Assembly: GCA_910585065.1 (NCBI GenBank)
Contig: CAJUCG010000001.1
Span: forward strand, 1 to 61,128
DNA length: 61,128 bases
Source of the DNA: an uncultured Lachnospiraceae bacterium
GTDB taxonomy: Bacteria > Bacillota > Clostridia > Lachnospirales > Lachnospiraceae
Reading direction: 5' to 3'
Numbering within the stretch: position 1 is the stretch's first letter; each line of letters begins with the position of its first letter. Positions 1 through 7,136 of the stretch are shown in pieces. The notes under the pieces were generated by a model. That model was not told the origin of the DNA and made no database searches. It was given only the letters and a program-made list of their open reading frames with translations. The translations under genes and the position numbers were made by a program.

Positions 1-126
1 TTGTGCCTGATCTTCGATTATCCGTTTACCTGCCACAACAATAATTCCCATAGTGGTAAGCAAAATACTAACAATTACCAGACCAATCACACTAAAGGTA
101 AGTCTTGCCTTAATTGTCCTTAACAT
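1..126 (-). CDS. N-terminal 42 codons of a membrane protein running off the left edge (MLRTIKARLTFSVIGLVIVSILLTTMGIIVVAGKRIIEDQAQ...). The N-terminus resembles methyl-accepting chemotaxis proteins or sensor kinases.
   Basis: ATG at 126..124 with an open frame to position 1. A basic N-terminus is followed by one hydrophobic helix. Absent from the ORF track because it is truncated. No clear SD. Confidence 0.35.
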   Translation of the reverse strand, partial: MLRTIKARLTFSVIGLVIVSILLTTMGIIVVAGKRIIEDQAQ

Positions 127-147
127 TATTCGATTCCCAAACATTTT

Positions 148-729
148 TTAATCACCGATATCTGTATGTCCCTGCTCAAATTCCCACTGAAGACCATAGC
201 GGTCAAGGAAATAAAAATACTTTATATTCCCTAAGATATCCGCTGCCTCCCTCTTTGCCTGCGGATTGTTTTCCTTTTCCTGGTCAAAGAAAATAAACTC
301 AGAAGGTTCTGTCCTGCTGACTTGGAAAACTTTGTATTCCTCAGTTGTATTAATTAAAGTTACATCCGACTGCGCCTTGATATATTCAAATGCAGCTTCG
401 ATATTATTTACCTTCAGCGCGATATGTCTTGCCCCACTAATATCATTGGCATGAAAAAAAACCGGAAGCTGCCGACCCTTCGGATAGTGATAGCACATTA
501 ATTCAAGAGTGAGTTTTGTGCCGGGCACATCCATAAAACCGATCGAGACATCCGCGTCCTCCGCCTCCTTGATAAAACCGCCCGCCATAAAAAATCCCTT
601 ATTTTTCCAATGAGGGAGATACTGTCTCGGATTCGCATTTAATATTCTTTTGTAATATACAAATGCCTTCTCAACATTATCCACAAAAATACATACATGT
701 GATAACCCTGTAAAAACTGGTCTCTCCAT
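148..729 (-). CDS. VOC family protein (glyoxalase/bleomycin-resistance/dioxygenase fold)
   Basis: 193-aa ORF. The N-terminal GLSHVCIFVDNVEKAFVYY and internal ARHIALKVNNIEAAFEYI strands are typical paired VOC beta-alpha-beta-beta-beta modules. SD GAAGGAGG lies upstream of the ATG. Confidence 0.75.
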   Translation of the reverse strand: MERPVFTGLSHVCIFVDNVEKAFVYYKRILNANPRQYLPHWKNKGFFMAGGFIKEAEDADVSIGFMDVPGTKLTLELMCYHYPKGRQLPVFFHANDISGARHIALKVNNIEAAFEYIKAQSDVTLINTTEEYKVFQVSRTEPSEFIFFDQEKENNPQAKREAADILGNIKYFYFLDRYGLQWEFEQGHTDIGD

Positions 730-783
730 TTTTGCCTCCTTCTCGACATATCCGGTAATTTGATATATAATATAACGAGTCCG

Positions 784-792
784 ATTATAGCA
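784..792 (-). promoter_or_regulatory. Candidate extended -10 sigma-A promoter (TGCTATAAT) for the VOC gene
   Basis: The minus strand reads TTTGCTATAATCGG about 55 nt upstream of the ATG. The -35 is poor. Confidence 0.35.
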
Positions 793-961
793 AAGAACAT
801 TTTATCGGGAAAGCAGTTTGGCATGATTTGCAGTTTTTTCGGCACACTTCGCAAAATCCGACATATTCCGCAAAGGATACAAATTTGGATAGCCCTTCCG
901 TCGCACTGAGGAGATTTTTCCATATAATATTTTGAAGAACTTTTTTTGCAGGAAACAAGAT

Positions 962-1378
962 ATGGAAAAAATTTACAATTTCTCCGCACTACGACAAAAC
1001 CCCGTGTTATCGGTACTTGACCCATCCGCCTGCTACCTGATTCAGTTTGCGTTAGAGAGGGAAAATTTCCGGGTGGAACTTATCTATTATGACAGTGTTT
1101 TAGAACTCTACTGTGCCATTTGCTTTCTTGTTTCCCTTCCGCCTAAAAAAGCTGGGGAAGAATGCCCACCCAGCCGATTTCATTTTGGCAGAGAGGGATT
1201 TGAGCGCACTGCAGCATGGATTGACGCGATGTTAGATTCCTTTTTTACCGAGCATGTTCCGCTCGCGATCTCCGGTATTCCCGCACTGGATTTCGATCCT
1301 GAACTGCGCAGTCTGCTGCTGCGTCATCTGACGAACCGATGTTATAAAAATAAGCTTCCATTAGTAATTTTGCCATAA
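962..1378 (+). CDS. Hypothetical protein (138 aa from the ATG at 962; the ORF track starts at a TTG at 932)
   Basis: Open frame ending just before a strong bidirectional terminator. No family recognised. Confidence 0.45.
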   Translation: MEKIYNFSALRQNPVLSVLDPSACYLIQFALERENFRVELIYYDSVLELYCAICFLVSLPPKKAGEECPPSRFHFGREGFERTAAWIDAMLDSFFTEHVPLAISGIPALDFDPELRSLLLRHLTNRCYKNKLPLVILP

Positions 1379-1442
1379 AAAGCACATATCCCAGGCGTGT
1401 CAGAACAGGGTTTAGACGCGCCGGGGAATATGTGCTTTTTCC
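1376..1442. terminator. Bidirectional rho-independent terminator between convergent genes
   Basis: AAAAAGCACATATCCCAGGCG...CGCCGGGGAATATGTGCTTTTT forms a long imperfect stem flanked by an A-run and a T-run. Confidence 0.65.
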
Positions 1443-1453
1443 TATTTCAATAT

Positions 1454-2503
1454 TTAGCGCGCAATCTCCTCCACCCTCATCTGTTTTAGCGCGCGAATTA
1501 CATAATACACCAGCACAGTATTAAACGGAAGCTGAATCATACTCTTAATACTGCGCGATGCAAAATAAAACCAGAAACCCTTGCCATACATCAGCACACA
1601 CCAGAATGTCCCCAAAAGCATCTGCACAATAACTGCCACAAAAAGCATAGTAAAAAAACACCGCAACAGAAATTTTGCGTCCACTGCTCTCTCGTGCAGC
1701 ACCGCAAAAAGGTTTAATAGAACACAGGCAGCAAAGCCCAGGCACAAAAACACAAAACCAGATCTTGCCGCCAAAATCTTCCGGTCGTTGTACATCGGCA
1801 AAAGCAGCCACAGACAAGCTACTACGCCGGAAAGAATCACAAATACGCGCTTCTTACACAGCGCGAAGATCCCCCCGGCAAGAATCAGGACAAGTGCCGC
1901 TACTGCAAGTGTTTTGGGACTTGTACTTACGGATTCTCCAACTGCCCCACTGATGTAGTCAAAAGCGGTGCCCGCATTTAATATCTCCCGCTCTGCGGAT
2001 GCATCTGCCTTTGTTGTTACATCAAGGAATGGAAGAAAAAACCAGACCGCAAGCAAAACGACAAAAATTCCTACGCTAAGAAAATCTGCCACGCGAAAAT
2101 TTATTTTTTCCTCCCCAGATAAATCTTTTGTCGATTCTTCCCTAGGGGATCTTCGGTAAAATGCCAGCCCGTACATCAGACCTCCGAGCGCGGCGTTAAA
2201 TGTCCAGCCAAAAAAATATCCCCCCACCGGTTTTAACAGATATTGCAGGATATCGCCGAGTGCCCCGGTAACAAGTGCCATCCACGGACCAAACAGATAC
2301 CCTGTCACTACATTTGTGATAAAAGAAATGCTGAATTTTACGCTTTGCGTCAGATAAATTCCCAGTACCATCGCCAGAATAATATGCAGTGCCAGCAGCA
2401 TTCCTGCTATCACTACTGCCCTGCGGTTTTTAAATACTGATGCCGCACCCTTAAATCCACTTTCCATTCCCTGCGCGCTTCTCGCGCCACTTATGCTCTG
2501 CAT
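1454..2503 (-). CDS. folT: Folate-family ECF transporter S component (FolT-like) with a large internal multi-helix insertion
   Basis: FolT-like blocks NVVTGYLFGPWMALVTGALGDILQYLLKPVGGYFFGWTFNAALGGLMYGLAFY and a C-terminal LLGTFWCVLMYGKGF...SIKSMIQLPFNTVLVYY. The ATG at 2503 follows AAGGAG (the ORF-track start at 2524 is a TTG). A THF riboswitch sits upstream. Confidence 0.7.
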   Translation of the reverse strand: MQSISGARSAQGMESGFKGAASVFKNRRAVVIAGMLLALHIILAMVLGIYLTQSVKFSISFITNVVTGYLFGPWMALVTGALGDILQYLLKPVGGYFFGWTFNAALGGLMYGLAFYRRSPREESTKDLSGEEKINFRVADFLSVGIFVVLLAVWFFLPFLDVTTKADASAEREILNAGTAFDYISGAVGESVSTSPKTLAVAALVLILAGGIFALCKKRVFVILSGVVACLWLLLPMYNDRKILAARSGFVFLCLGFAACVLLNLFAVLHERAVDAKFLLRCFFTMLFVAVIVQMLLGTFWCVLMYGKGFWFYFASRSIKSMIQLPFNTVLVYYVIRALKQMRVEEIAR

Positions 2504-2574
2504 AGATAAATCTCCTTTTCCCAATTTTTGGAATACTGATTTTACTCAATCGAGTAGAGAAAAAATCTTTCTTC

Positions 2575-2608
2575 GCAAAAAGAAAAAGCCTGCCCAAAAT
2601 GGACAGAC
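2575..2608 (-). terminator. Intrinsic terminator acting as the expression platform of the THF riboswitch
   Basis: Minus strand GUCUGUCC-AUUUU-GGGCAGGC followed by UUUUUCUUUUU, located between the aptamer and the folT SD. Confidence 0.6.
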
Positions 2609-2671
2609 TCCATCGCCGCCCGCATATCGCTATGCGGACACGCTACAACACAAAATCTTATCGATCGTTGT

Positions 2672-2775
2672 AACAGCGGGATGCGAAATCTGCACCGCAA
2701 GATAACTTTTCGTTCACACAGCAACTCCCCGTCTGCATGACACTTAACGCGCAAATTCCTACTCTGCTCAATTTG
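2672..2775 (-). ncRNA. THF (tetrahydrofolate) riboswitch aptamer
   Basis: Minus strand GCAGAGUAGGAAUUUGCGCGUUAAGUGU...ACGGGGAGU...GAACGAA...GCGGUGCAGAUUUCGCAUCCCGCUGU. It matches the conserved AGAGUAG, CGCGUUAAGUGU, AACGAA, GCGGUG and GCAUCC-GCU blocks of the E. siraeum THF riboswitch as I recall it. P2 pairing GGAAUUUG/CAGAUUUC is possible. A folT-type gene lies directly downstream. Confidence 0.8.
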
Positions 2776-2787
2776 TTTGACGACTGC

Positions 2788-2816
2788 ATTATAGCATGAA
2801 GATTTTAAGAATGCAA
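2788..2816 (-). promoter_or_regulatory. Sigma-A promoter of the riboswitch-folT transcript
   Basis: TTGCAT (2816..2811), 17-nt spacer, TGcTATAAT with -10 at 2793..2788. Confidence 0.6.
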
Positions 2817-2826
2817 GAAAATTTTC

Positions 2827-2855
2827 TTGTCATCCTGCAAAAAATATCGTATGAT
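2827..2855 (+). promoter_or_regulatory. Sigma-A promoter of the MocR regulator gene
   Basis: TTGTCA (2827..2832), 17-nt spacer, TATGAT (2850..2855). It is divergent from the folT promoter. Confidence 0.5.
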
Positions 2856-2961
2856 ATATCAGATATGGGATGGCTCCTGCCGCTATAGCGGTAAGCAGCT
2901 TATTCGCATTTGTGGCGGGACTCAATCCCCATCGAATATCGTATACATACGGAGGTTTTTT

Positions 2962-4410
2962 ATGCTCACCTATTCCCTTGCCGATAAAGGTGCGGACAGC
3001 TTGTACCTTTATCTCTATAAATGTATAAAAAATGATATTGTAAAAGGGGTGCTGCCCTCCGGAAAAAAACTTCCCTCCAAGCGCAGTTTTGCTAAAAATC
3101 TTGGAGTCAGCAATATTACGGTGGAAAATGCCTACGCTCTATTACAGTCGGAGGGATATATTTTTTCGCTCCCAAAGCGGGGGTTCTTTGTCTCGGATAT
3201 CGCATTCCCCTCCCCGGCAAAATCTGCTTCTTTTTTTGCACCAGTGTCACAGGTAGAGGAAGGTTTCCCCCGCGCACAAAAAGCCACCACACCCGCTTTT
3301 TTCGCCGATTTCGTAAACAATCACACGACCCCGGAGAGCTTCCCTTTTTCCATCTGGGCAAAACTTTTGCGCGAGATAATCTCCCAGAAGAGCAGTGAGC
3401 TTATGATGCCGCCTCCCTGCGGCGGAATCTATGAGCTTAGAAGTGCTATCTGCTCGCATTTAAAACAATTCCGCGGCATGGAAATCACCCCGGAACAGGT
3501 GATTGTTGGCGCGGGGACGGACTATCTTTACAGCCTGCTAATCCTGCTGCTTGGGCGTGACAAAATCTACGCAGTTGAAAATCCCGGCTACACAAAAATT
3601 GAGAAGGTTTACCGCAGTCACGGTGTTGACTGCCGTTTTGTCAATATGGATTCCTCCGGTATTCTCGTGGAGGAATTAAACCGCAAGGACGCAGATATTG
3701 TACATATTTCACCTTCCCACCACTATCCGACCGGCATTGTAACACCTGTAAGCCGACGCTATGAACTGCTTGGCTGGGCAGCAGCACGCCCCTCCCGCTA
3801 TATTATTGAGGACGATTACGACTCAGAATTCCGTTTTGCCGTGTGTCCAATGCCGACTCTGCAAAGTATTGATACAATGGAGCGGGTGATCTATATCAAT
3901 ACCTTTACTAAGAGTCTTTCCTCCACCATCCGCATTAGCTATATGGTGCTGCCGCCCAGACTGTTAGCACGATTTTATGGGGAACTTTCCTTCTATTCTG
4001 GCACCGTCTCAAATTTCGAGCAGTACACTTTAGCGAAATTTATCCGCGACGGCTATTTTGAAAAACATATCAACAGAATGCGCAATCACTACCGCGCTAT
4101 CCGCGATGCTCTGCTTACCCAGATTGCCAAAAGTCCGCTTGCTGGGTGCAGCACTATCACCGAAGAAAGCGCGGGACTGCATTTTATCCTACGGCTCGAC
4201 ACAGAAAAATCGGATGAGGAATTAGTAAATAATGGAAAAAAGAATGGACTGAATCTCTCATGTCTTTCACAGTACTACCATATGACTTCGCCCAAAATAC
4301 CAAACTATTCCTCCACGCACTCCCTTGTAATGAATTACTCCGGCATTTGCAAACAAGACATTAAAGAAGCCGTACAGCGACTTTGTAAGAGCGTTCTTAC
4401 GAATTTTTAG
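2962..4410 (+). CDS. MocR/PdxR-type regulator: GntR winged-HTH fused to a PLP-dependent aminotransferase-like domain
   Basis: N-terminal LPSKRSFAKNLGVSNITVENAYALLQSEGYIFSLPKRGFFV (GntR HTH). Fold-type-I aminotransferase body with NTFTKSL (PLP lysine). The ATG at 2962 follows GGAGG; the ORF-track start at 2827 is an upstream TTG extension. Confidence 0.85.
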   Translation: MLTYSLADKGADSLYLYLYKCIKNDIVKGVLPSGKKLPSKRSFAKNLGVSNITVENAYALLQSEGYIFSLPKRGFFVSDIAFPSPAKSASFFAPVSQVEEGFPRAQKATTPAFFADFVNNHTTPESFPFSIWAKLLREIISQKSSELMMPPPCGGIYELRSAICSHLKQFRGMEITPEQVIVGAGTDYLYSLLILLLGRDKIYAVENPGYTKIEKVYRSHGVDCRFVNMDSSGILVEELNRKDADIVHISPSHHYPTGIVTPVSRRYELLGWAAARPSRYIIEDDYDSEFRFAVCPMPTLQSIDTMERVIYINTFTKSLSSTIRISYMVLPPRLLARFYGELSFYSGTVSNFEQYTLAKFIRDGYFEKHINRMRNHYRAIRDALLTQIAKSPLAGCSTITEESAGLHFILRLDTEKSDEELVNNGKKNGLNLSCLSQYYHMTSPKIPNYSSTHSLVMNYSGICKQDIKEAVQRLCKSVLTNF

Positions 4411-4414
4411 CAAA

Positions 4415-4903
4415 TTATTTTCTGCGCAAAATCACAGAGAGAATCCGCGCAGAGAGAATTCCCATCAGCATCCCCGTAAATACTCCCGCTGCGATAAGCA
4501 CTGGGGTATAGTACAGCACTGCCTTGTTTTTGCTTATCCATGCCGCTGCGCAAATCTGACCGATATTGTGCGATACACCGCCCGCAATACTAACGCCAAC
4601 CACAGAAAATCCTTTTTTTCTTTTTAACAGGAACATAATAAAAAAACTTAATATCCCCCCAGCAAAGCTGTAGAGAAAGGAAACTCCATTTCCAAACAAA
4701 AAGGAGGTAAAAATAATCCGCACAGTGGAAATCAGAAGAACTTCGCCGGGGGAAAGGTAATAAAATCCGGTGACAATTACAAGATTTGCCAGTCCGAGCT
4801 TTACCCCCGGCACACCGAAATGAATGGGCAAAATAGCCTCTATGTAAGAAAATATCATTGCAAGTGCCACAAGTACTGCACAGTACGCTATTTTTCTTCC
4901 CAT
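4415..4903 (-). CDS. Gx transporter family membrane protein (Hpre_diP_synt_I-like)
   Basis: PGVKLGLANLVIV...FAGGILSFF...GGVSHNIGQI blocks with multiple TM helices. Probable start is MGRKIAY at 4903. Confidence 0.7.
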   Translation of the reverse strand: MGRKIAYCAVLVALAMIFSYIEAILPIHFGVPGVKLGLANLVIVTGFYYLSPGEVLLISTVRIIFTSFLFGNGVSFLYSFAGGILSFFIMFLLKRKKGFSVVGVSIAGGVSHNIGQICAAAWISKNKAVLYYTPVLIAAGVFTGMLMGILSARILSVILRRK

Positions 4904-4916
4904 TGTTTTCCTCCTC

Positions 4917-5273
4917 CTACTGTGCCACTGCATCCAGCGGCAAATTTTCCCCGATCACCTCGATCACTAACTTGTGCGGCAGGCATACAATTGTCTGTCC
5001 CGCCCTGTGAATTTTCCCCTGCCGAATACAGTATCCATCCGGGCAGTCAGCTTCCTCCATCCATGCAATTCCATCTCCAAGGTGAAGAATATTTTTGCCG
5101 GACTCCTGTTCAATTACCACTTTCTGTTCTAAAAAAAGCGAATATACCCCATATAATTGCCCGTCCACGGTAATCCGAACCTCTCCCCCTTCCTCTTTAT
5201 CTGGAAGGAGGAAAAACAGGAGAAATGCGATAAAAAGAAGAGATGCCGCCAAGATAATATCCCTTTTTTTCAA
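4917..5273 (-). CDS. NusG domain II-containing membrane-anchored protein
   Basis: N-terminal TM helix, then VRITVDGQLYGVY...CPDGYCIRQGKIHRAGQTIVCLPHKLVIEV, typical of the NusG-II partner of Gx transporters. Confidence 0.7.
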   Translation of the reverse strand: MKKRDIILAASLLFIAFLLFFLLPDKEEGGEVRITVDGQLYGVYSLFLEQKVVIEQESGKNILHLGDGIAWMEEADCPDGYCIRQGKIHRAGQTIVCLPHKLVIEVIGENLPLDAVAQ

Positions 5274-5309
5274 GATTCCCCTCCATTTCTATTTTCCCTA
5301 AATTTATAT

Positions 5310-6368
5310 TTATGGTTCCCGCTCAATCAAGTTTACCGGAAATTTTGAGGAGAAAGCTTTGACAATCCCCTCTGTTACATATAATTCCTGCTCTTTTGTA
5401 TAAAAGACCGCGTCAAATTCTTTCGAGTGTTCCCTCCAAAACTGGATTGCCCGCTCCTTCCCCATAATAAAGAGCGCAGTGGACAACCCGTCCGCAAGTG
5501 TCCCGTCCTCACTCACCACGGTGACAGAAACAAATTCCGAATCCGCAGGATACCCCGTCGCCGGATCTAAGATATGGTGATACCGCACCCCATCCTGCTC
5601 AAAATAGCGTTCATAGCTGCCGGAAGTAATTACTGCGCAGTCCTTTATCTGCAAAACGCCCAGATACTCTTCCCCGCCGTCCGGGTTTTGCAGTGCGATG
5701 TGCCATAAACTTCCATCCGGCTTCGTGCCAAGTACCTGCACATTTCCCCCAAGGCTAACCAGCCCGCTTACAATTCCTTTCTCCCGATAGATCTCCATAA
5801 TACGCTCGGAGGCAAAACCCTTTGCAATTCCTCCAAGATCGATCTGCATTCCCTCCATCCCAAAACTTACATATCCCTCTTCCTCACTAAGCACAATCTG
5901 CGCTGCATCCGTTTTCTTTTTAAGTCTTGCAATCTCAGTATCCGACGGGACATGATATGTTTTTTCTGGAAATCCCCAGGCACGCATTAACGGATAAATG
6001 CTAATGTCAAAAGTGCCCTCCGTCAATGTACACAATTCCTTGGCACGCTTTAACAAAGATAGGGTATCCTCCGAAACTGCGCCCTCTCCGAAAGCATTAA
6101 TTTTTGCGATCTCGCTGGTCTTAATCCCTGTAGAAAAGAGATTTTCCAGCCGTTCTACTTCTTCTTTTGCCGCGTTTACAGCCAACTCACTGTTCTCTTC
6201 CTCACCGTAAGCCAAAACCCGCATAAAAGTATCCATCGCAAAAAATTCAAGTTCTGCTCCATCCTTTTTCTCCCCTGCCTGTCGGTTTGCACAGCCAAGG
6301 GGAAGGAAACAGAACAAAACCAAACTAAATTTTATTAAAACAGTTTTGTATTTGTAAAATTTTTCCAT
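5310..6368 (-). CDS. apbE: FAD:protein FMN transferase ApbE, with a probable lipoprotein signal
   Basis: FFAMDTFMRV, IDLGGIAKGFA, VSLGGN, AVITSGSYERYF and HHILDP motifs. N-terminal signal ending LPLGC. ATG at 6368. Confidence 0.85.
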   Translation of the reverse strand: MEKFYKYKTVLIKFSLVLFCFLPLGCANRQAGEKKDGAELEFFAMDTFMRVLAYGEEENSELAVNAAKEEVERLENLFSTGIKTSEIAKINAFGEGAVSEDTLSLLKRAKELCTLTEGTFDISIYPLMRAWGFPEKTYHVPSDTEIARLKKKTDAAQIVLSEEEGYVSFGMEGMQIDLGGIAKGFASERIMEIYREKGIVSGLVSLGGNVQVLGTKPDGSLWHIALQNPDGGEEYLGVLQIKDCAVITSGSYERYFEQDGVRYHHILDPATGYPADSEFVSVTVVSEDGTLADGLSTALFIMGKERAIQFWREHSKEFDAVFYTKEQELYVTEGIVKAFSSKFPVNLIEREP

Positions 6369-6403
6369 AAACAATAACCCCAATCGCTAAAAAATCCCGC
6401 TCC

Positions 6404-6432
6404 AATTATAGCAGGATATTTTTTGGATTGCA
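6404..6432 (-). promoter_or_regulatory. Sigma-A promoter of the apbE/NusG-II/Gx operon
   Basis: TTGCAA (6432..6427), 17-nt spacer, TATAAT (6409..6404). Confidence 0.6.
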
Positions 6433-6435
6433 ATT

Positions 6436-6478
6436 AGAAAAAAGAAACGAGCCGTCACAGAAAATTCTGTAACGACTC
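6436..6478 (-). terminator. Rho-independent terminator after the DUF3793 gene
   Basis: Minus strand GAGUCGUUACAG-AAUUUU-CUGUGACGGCUC (two G-U pairs) followed by GUUUCUUUUUUU. Confidence 0.55.
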
Positions 6479-6501
6479 ATTTCTGACAGGCGGCGCACCC
6501 C

Positions 6502-7062
6502 TTAATCCTGTGGAGCAGCCATTGCAAGCTGCATGATGCTTTCGCCCTCCTGCCACAGACGCATATACGCCTTGCTGCAGCGTCGAAGCCTTGCAAAAGC
6601 ATATTTCGCGCTCTCTTCCTCTGCGTACACTTTCCAATATCCGGCGCATTTGCAGTGCCGCCCACCATAATGGATAAATCCTATCACATCCCTTGGCGGA
6701 TATCCCAAAAACAATCCGATCTCATGTGGAAACCCGTCTTTTTTCAGGCGCGCGCGCAATGTTGCAATCGCGTCGTCCTCCTTTGGTGTTTTGTAGCCGT
6801 AATGCTTAAGAATCCGAAAAGCCATGGGGTCTGAGAGGTCGCGTTTTAATTCCCCTGGTCGATACATATAGATCAGTGCATTTTCTTTCTTTTGAAGCAT
6901 ACACAGCTTTATCCCCTTTTTATGCAGGCATAAATTCCAGCAGGCCAAGCTTTTCTCAAGTTCTGCTTCCACACCCGCAGGATAGGAAAACAAATTTGCT
7001 GTTTTTAAGGAAGCCAATGTCGGCGCGCAATATTTGATTAAATATTTTTCCAGTCGTTCCAT
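6502..7062 (-). CDS. DUF3793 family protein
   Basis: MERLEKYLIKYCAPTLASLKTANLF...FPHEIGLFLGYPPRDVIGFI...CKCAGYWKVY is the pattern I associate with DUF3793. The ATG at 7062 follows GAGGAGG. Confidence 0.65.
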   Translation of the reverse strand: MERLEKYLIKYCAPTLASLKTANLFSYPAGVEAELEKSLACWNLCLHKKGIKLCMLQKKENALIYMYRPGELKRDLSDPMAFRILKHYGYKTPKEDDAIATLRARLKKDGFPHEIGLFLGYPPRDVIGFIHYGGRHCKCAGYWKVYAEEESAKYAFARLRRCSKAYMRLWQEGESIMQLAMAAPQD

Positions 7063-7136
7063 TTTCCTCCTCTTCAGTTGATTGTTTTTCACTTCCTCTG
7101 TTATCTTTCCCGCAAAACAAAAATTCATACGGATAT

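Noticed and set aside
639-1025. ORFs 639..1025 (-), 114..296 (+) and 266..454 (+) near the left end.
   Set aside because: They overlap the VOC gene or its promoter region, have odd Cys/Arg-rich composition and no SD.
2827-2961. N-terminal extension of the MocR ORF (ORF-track start at 2827). Similar upstream alternative-start extensions appear at 2524, 4933, 6383, 7128, 8519, 13571, 15326, 19568, 39287, 56057 and 58502.
   Set aside because: These extensions begin at TTG/GTG without an SD and overlap promoters or upstream genes. Internal ATG codons preceded by GGAGG-type SDs give N-termini matching the families.
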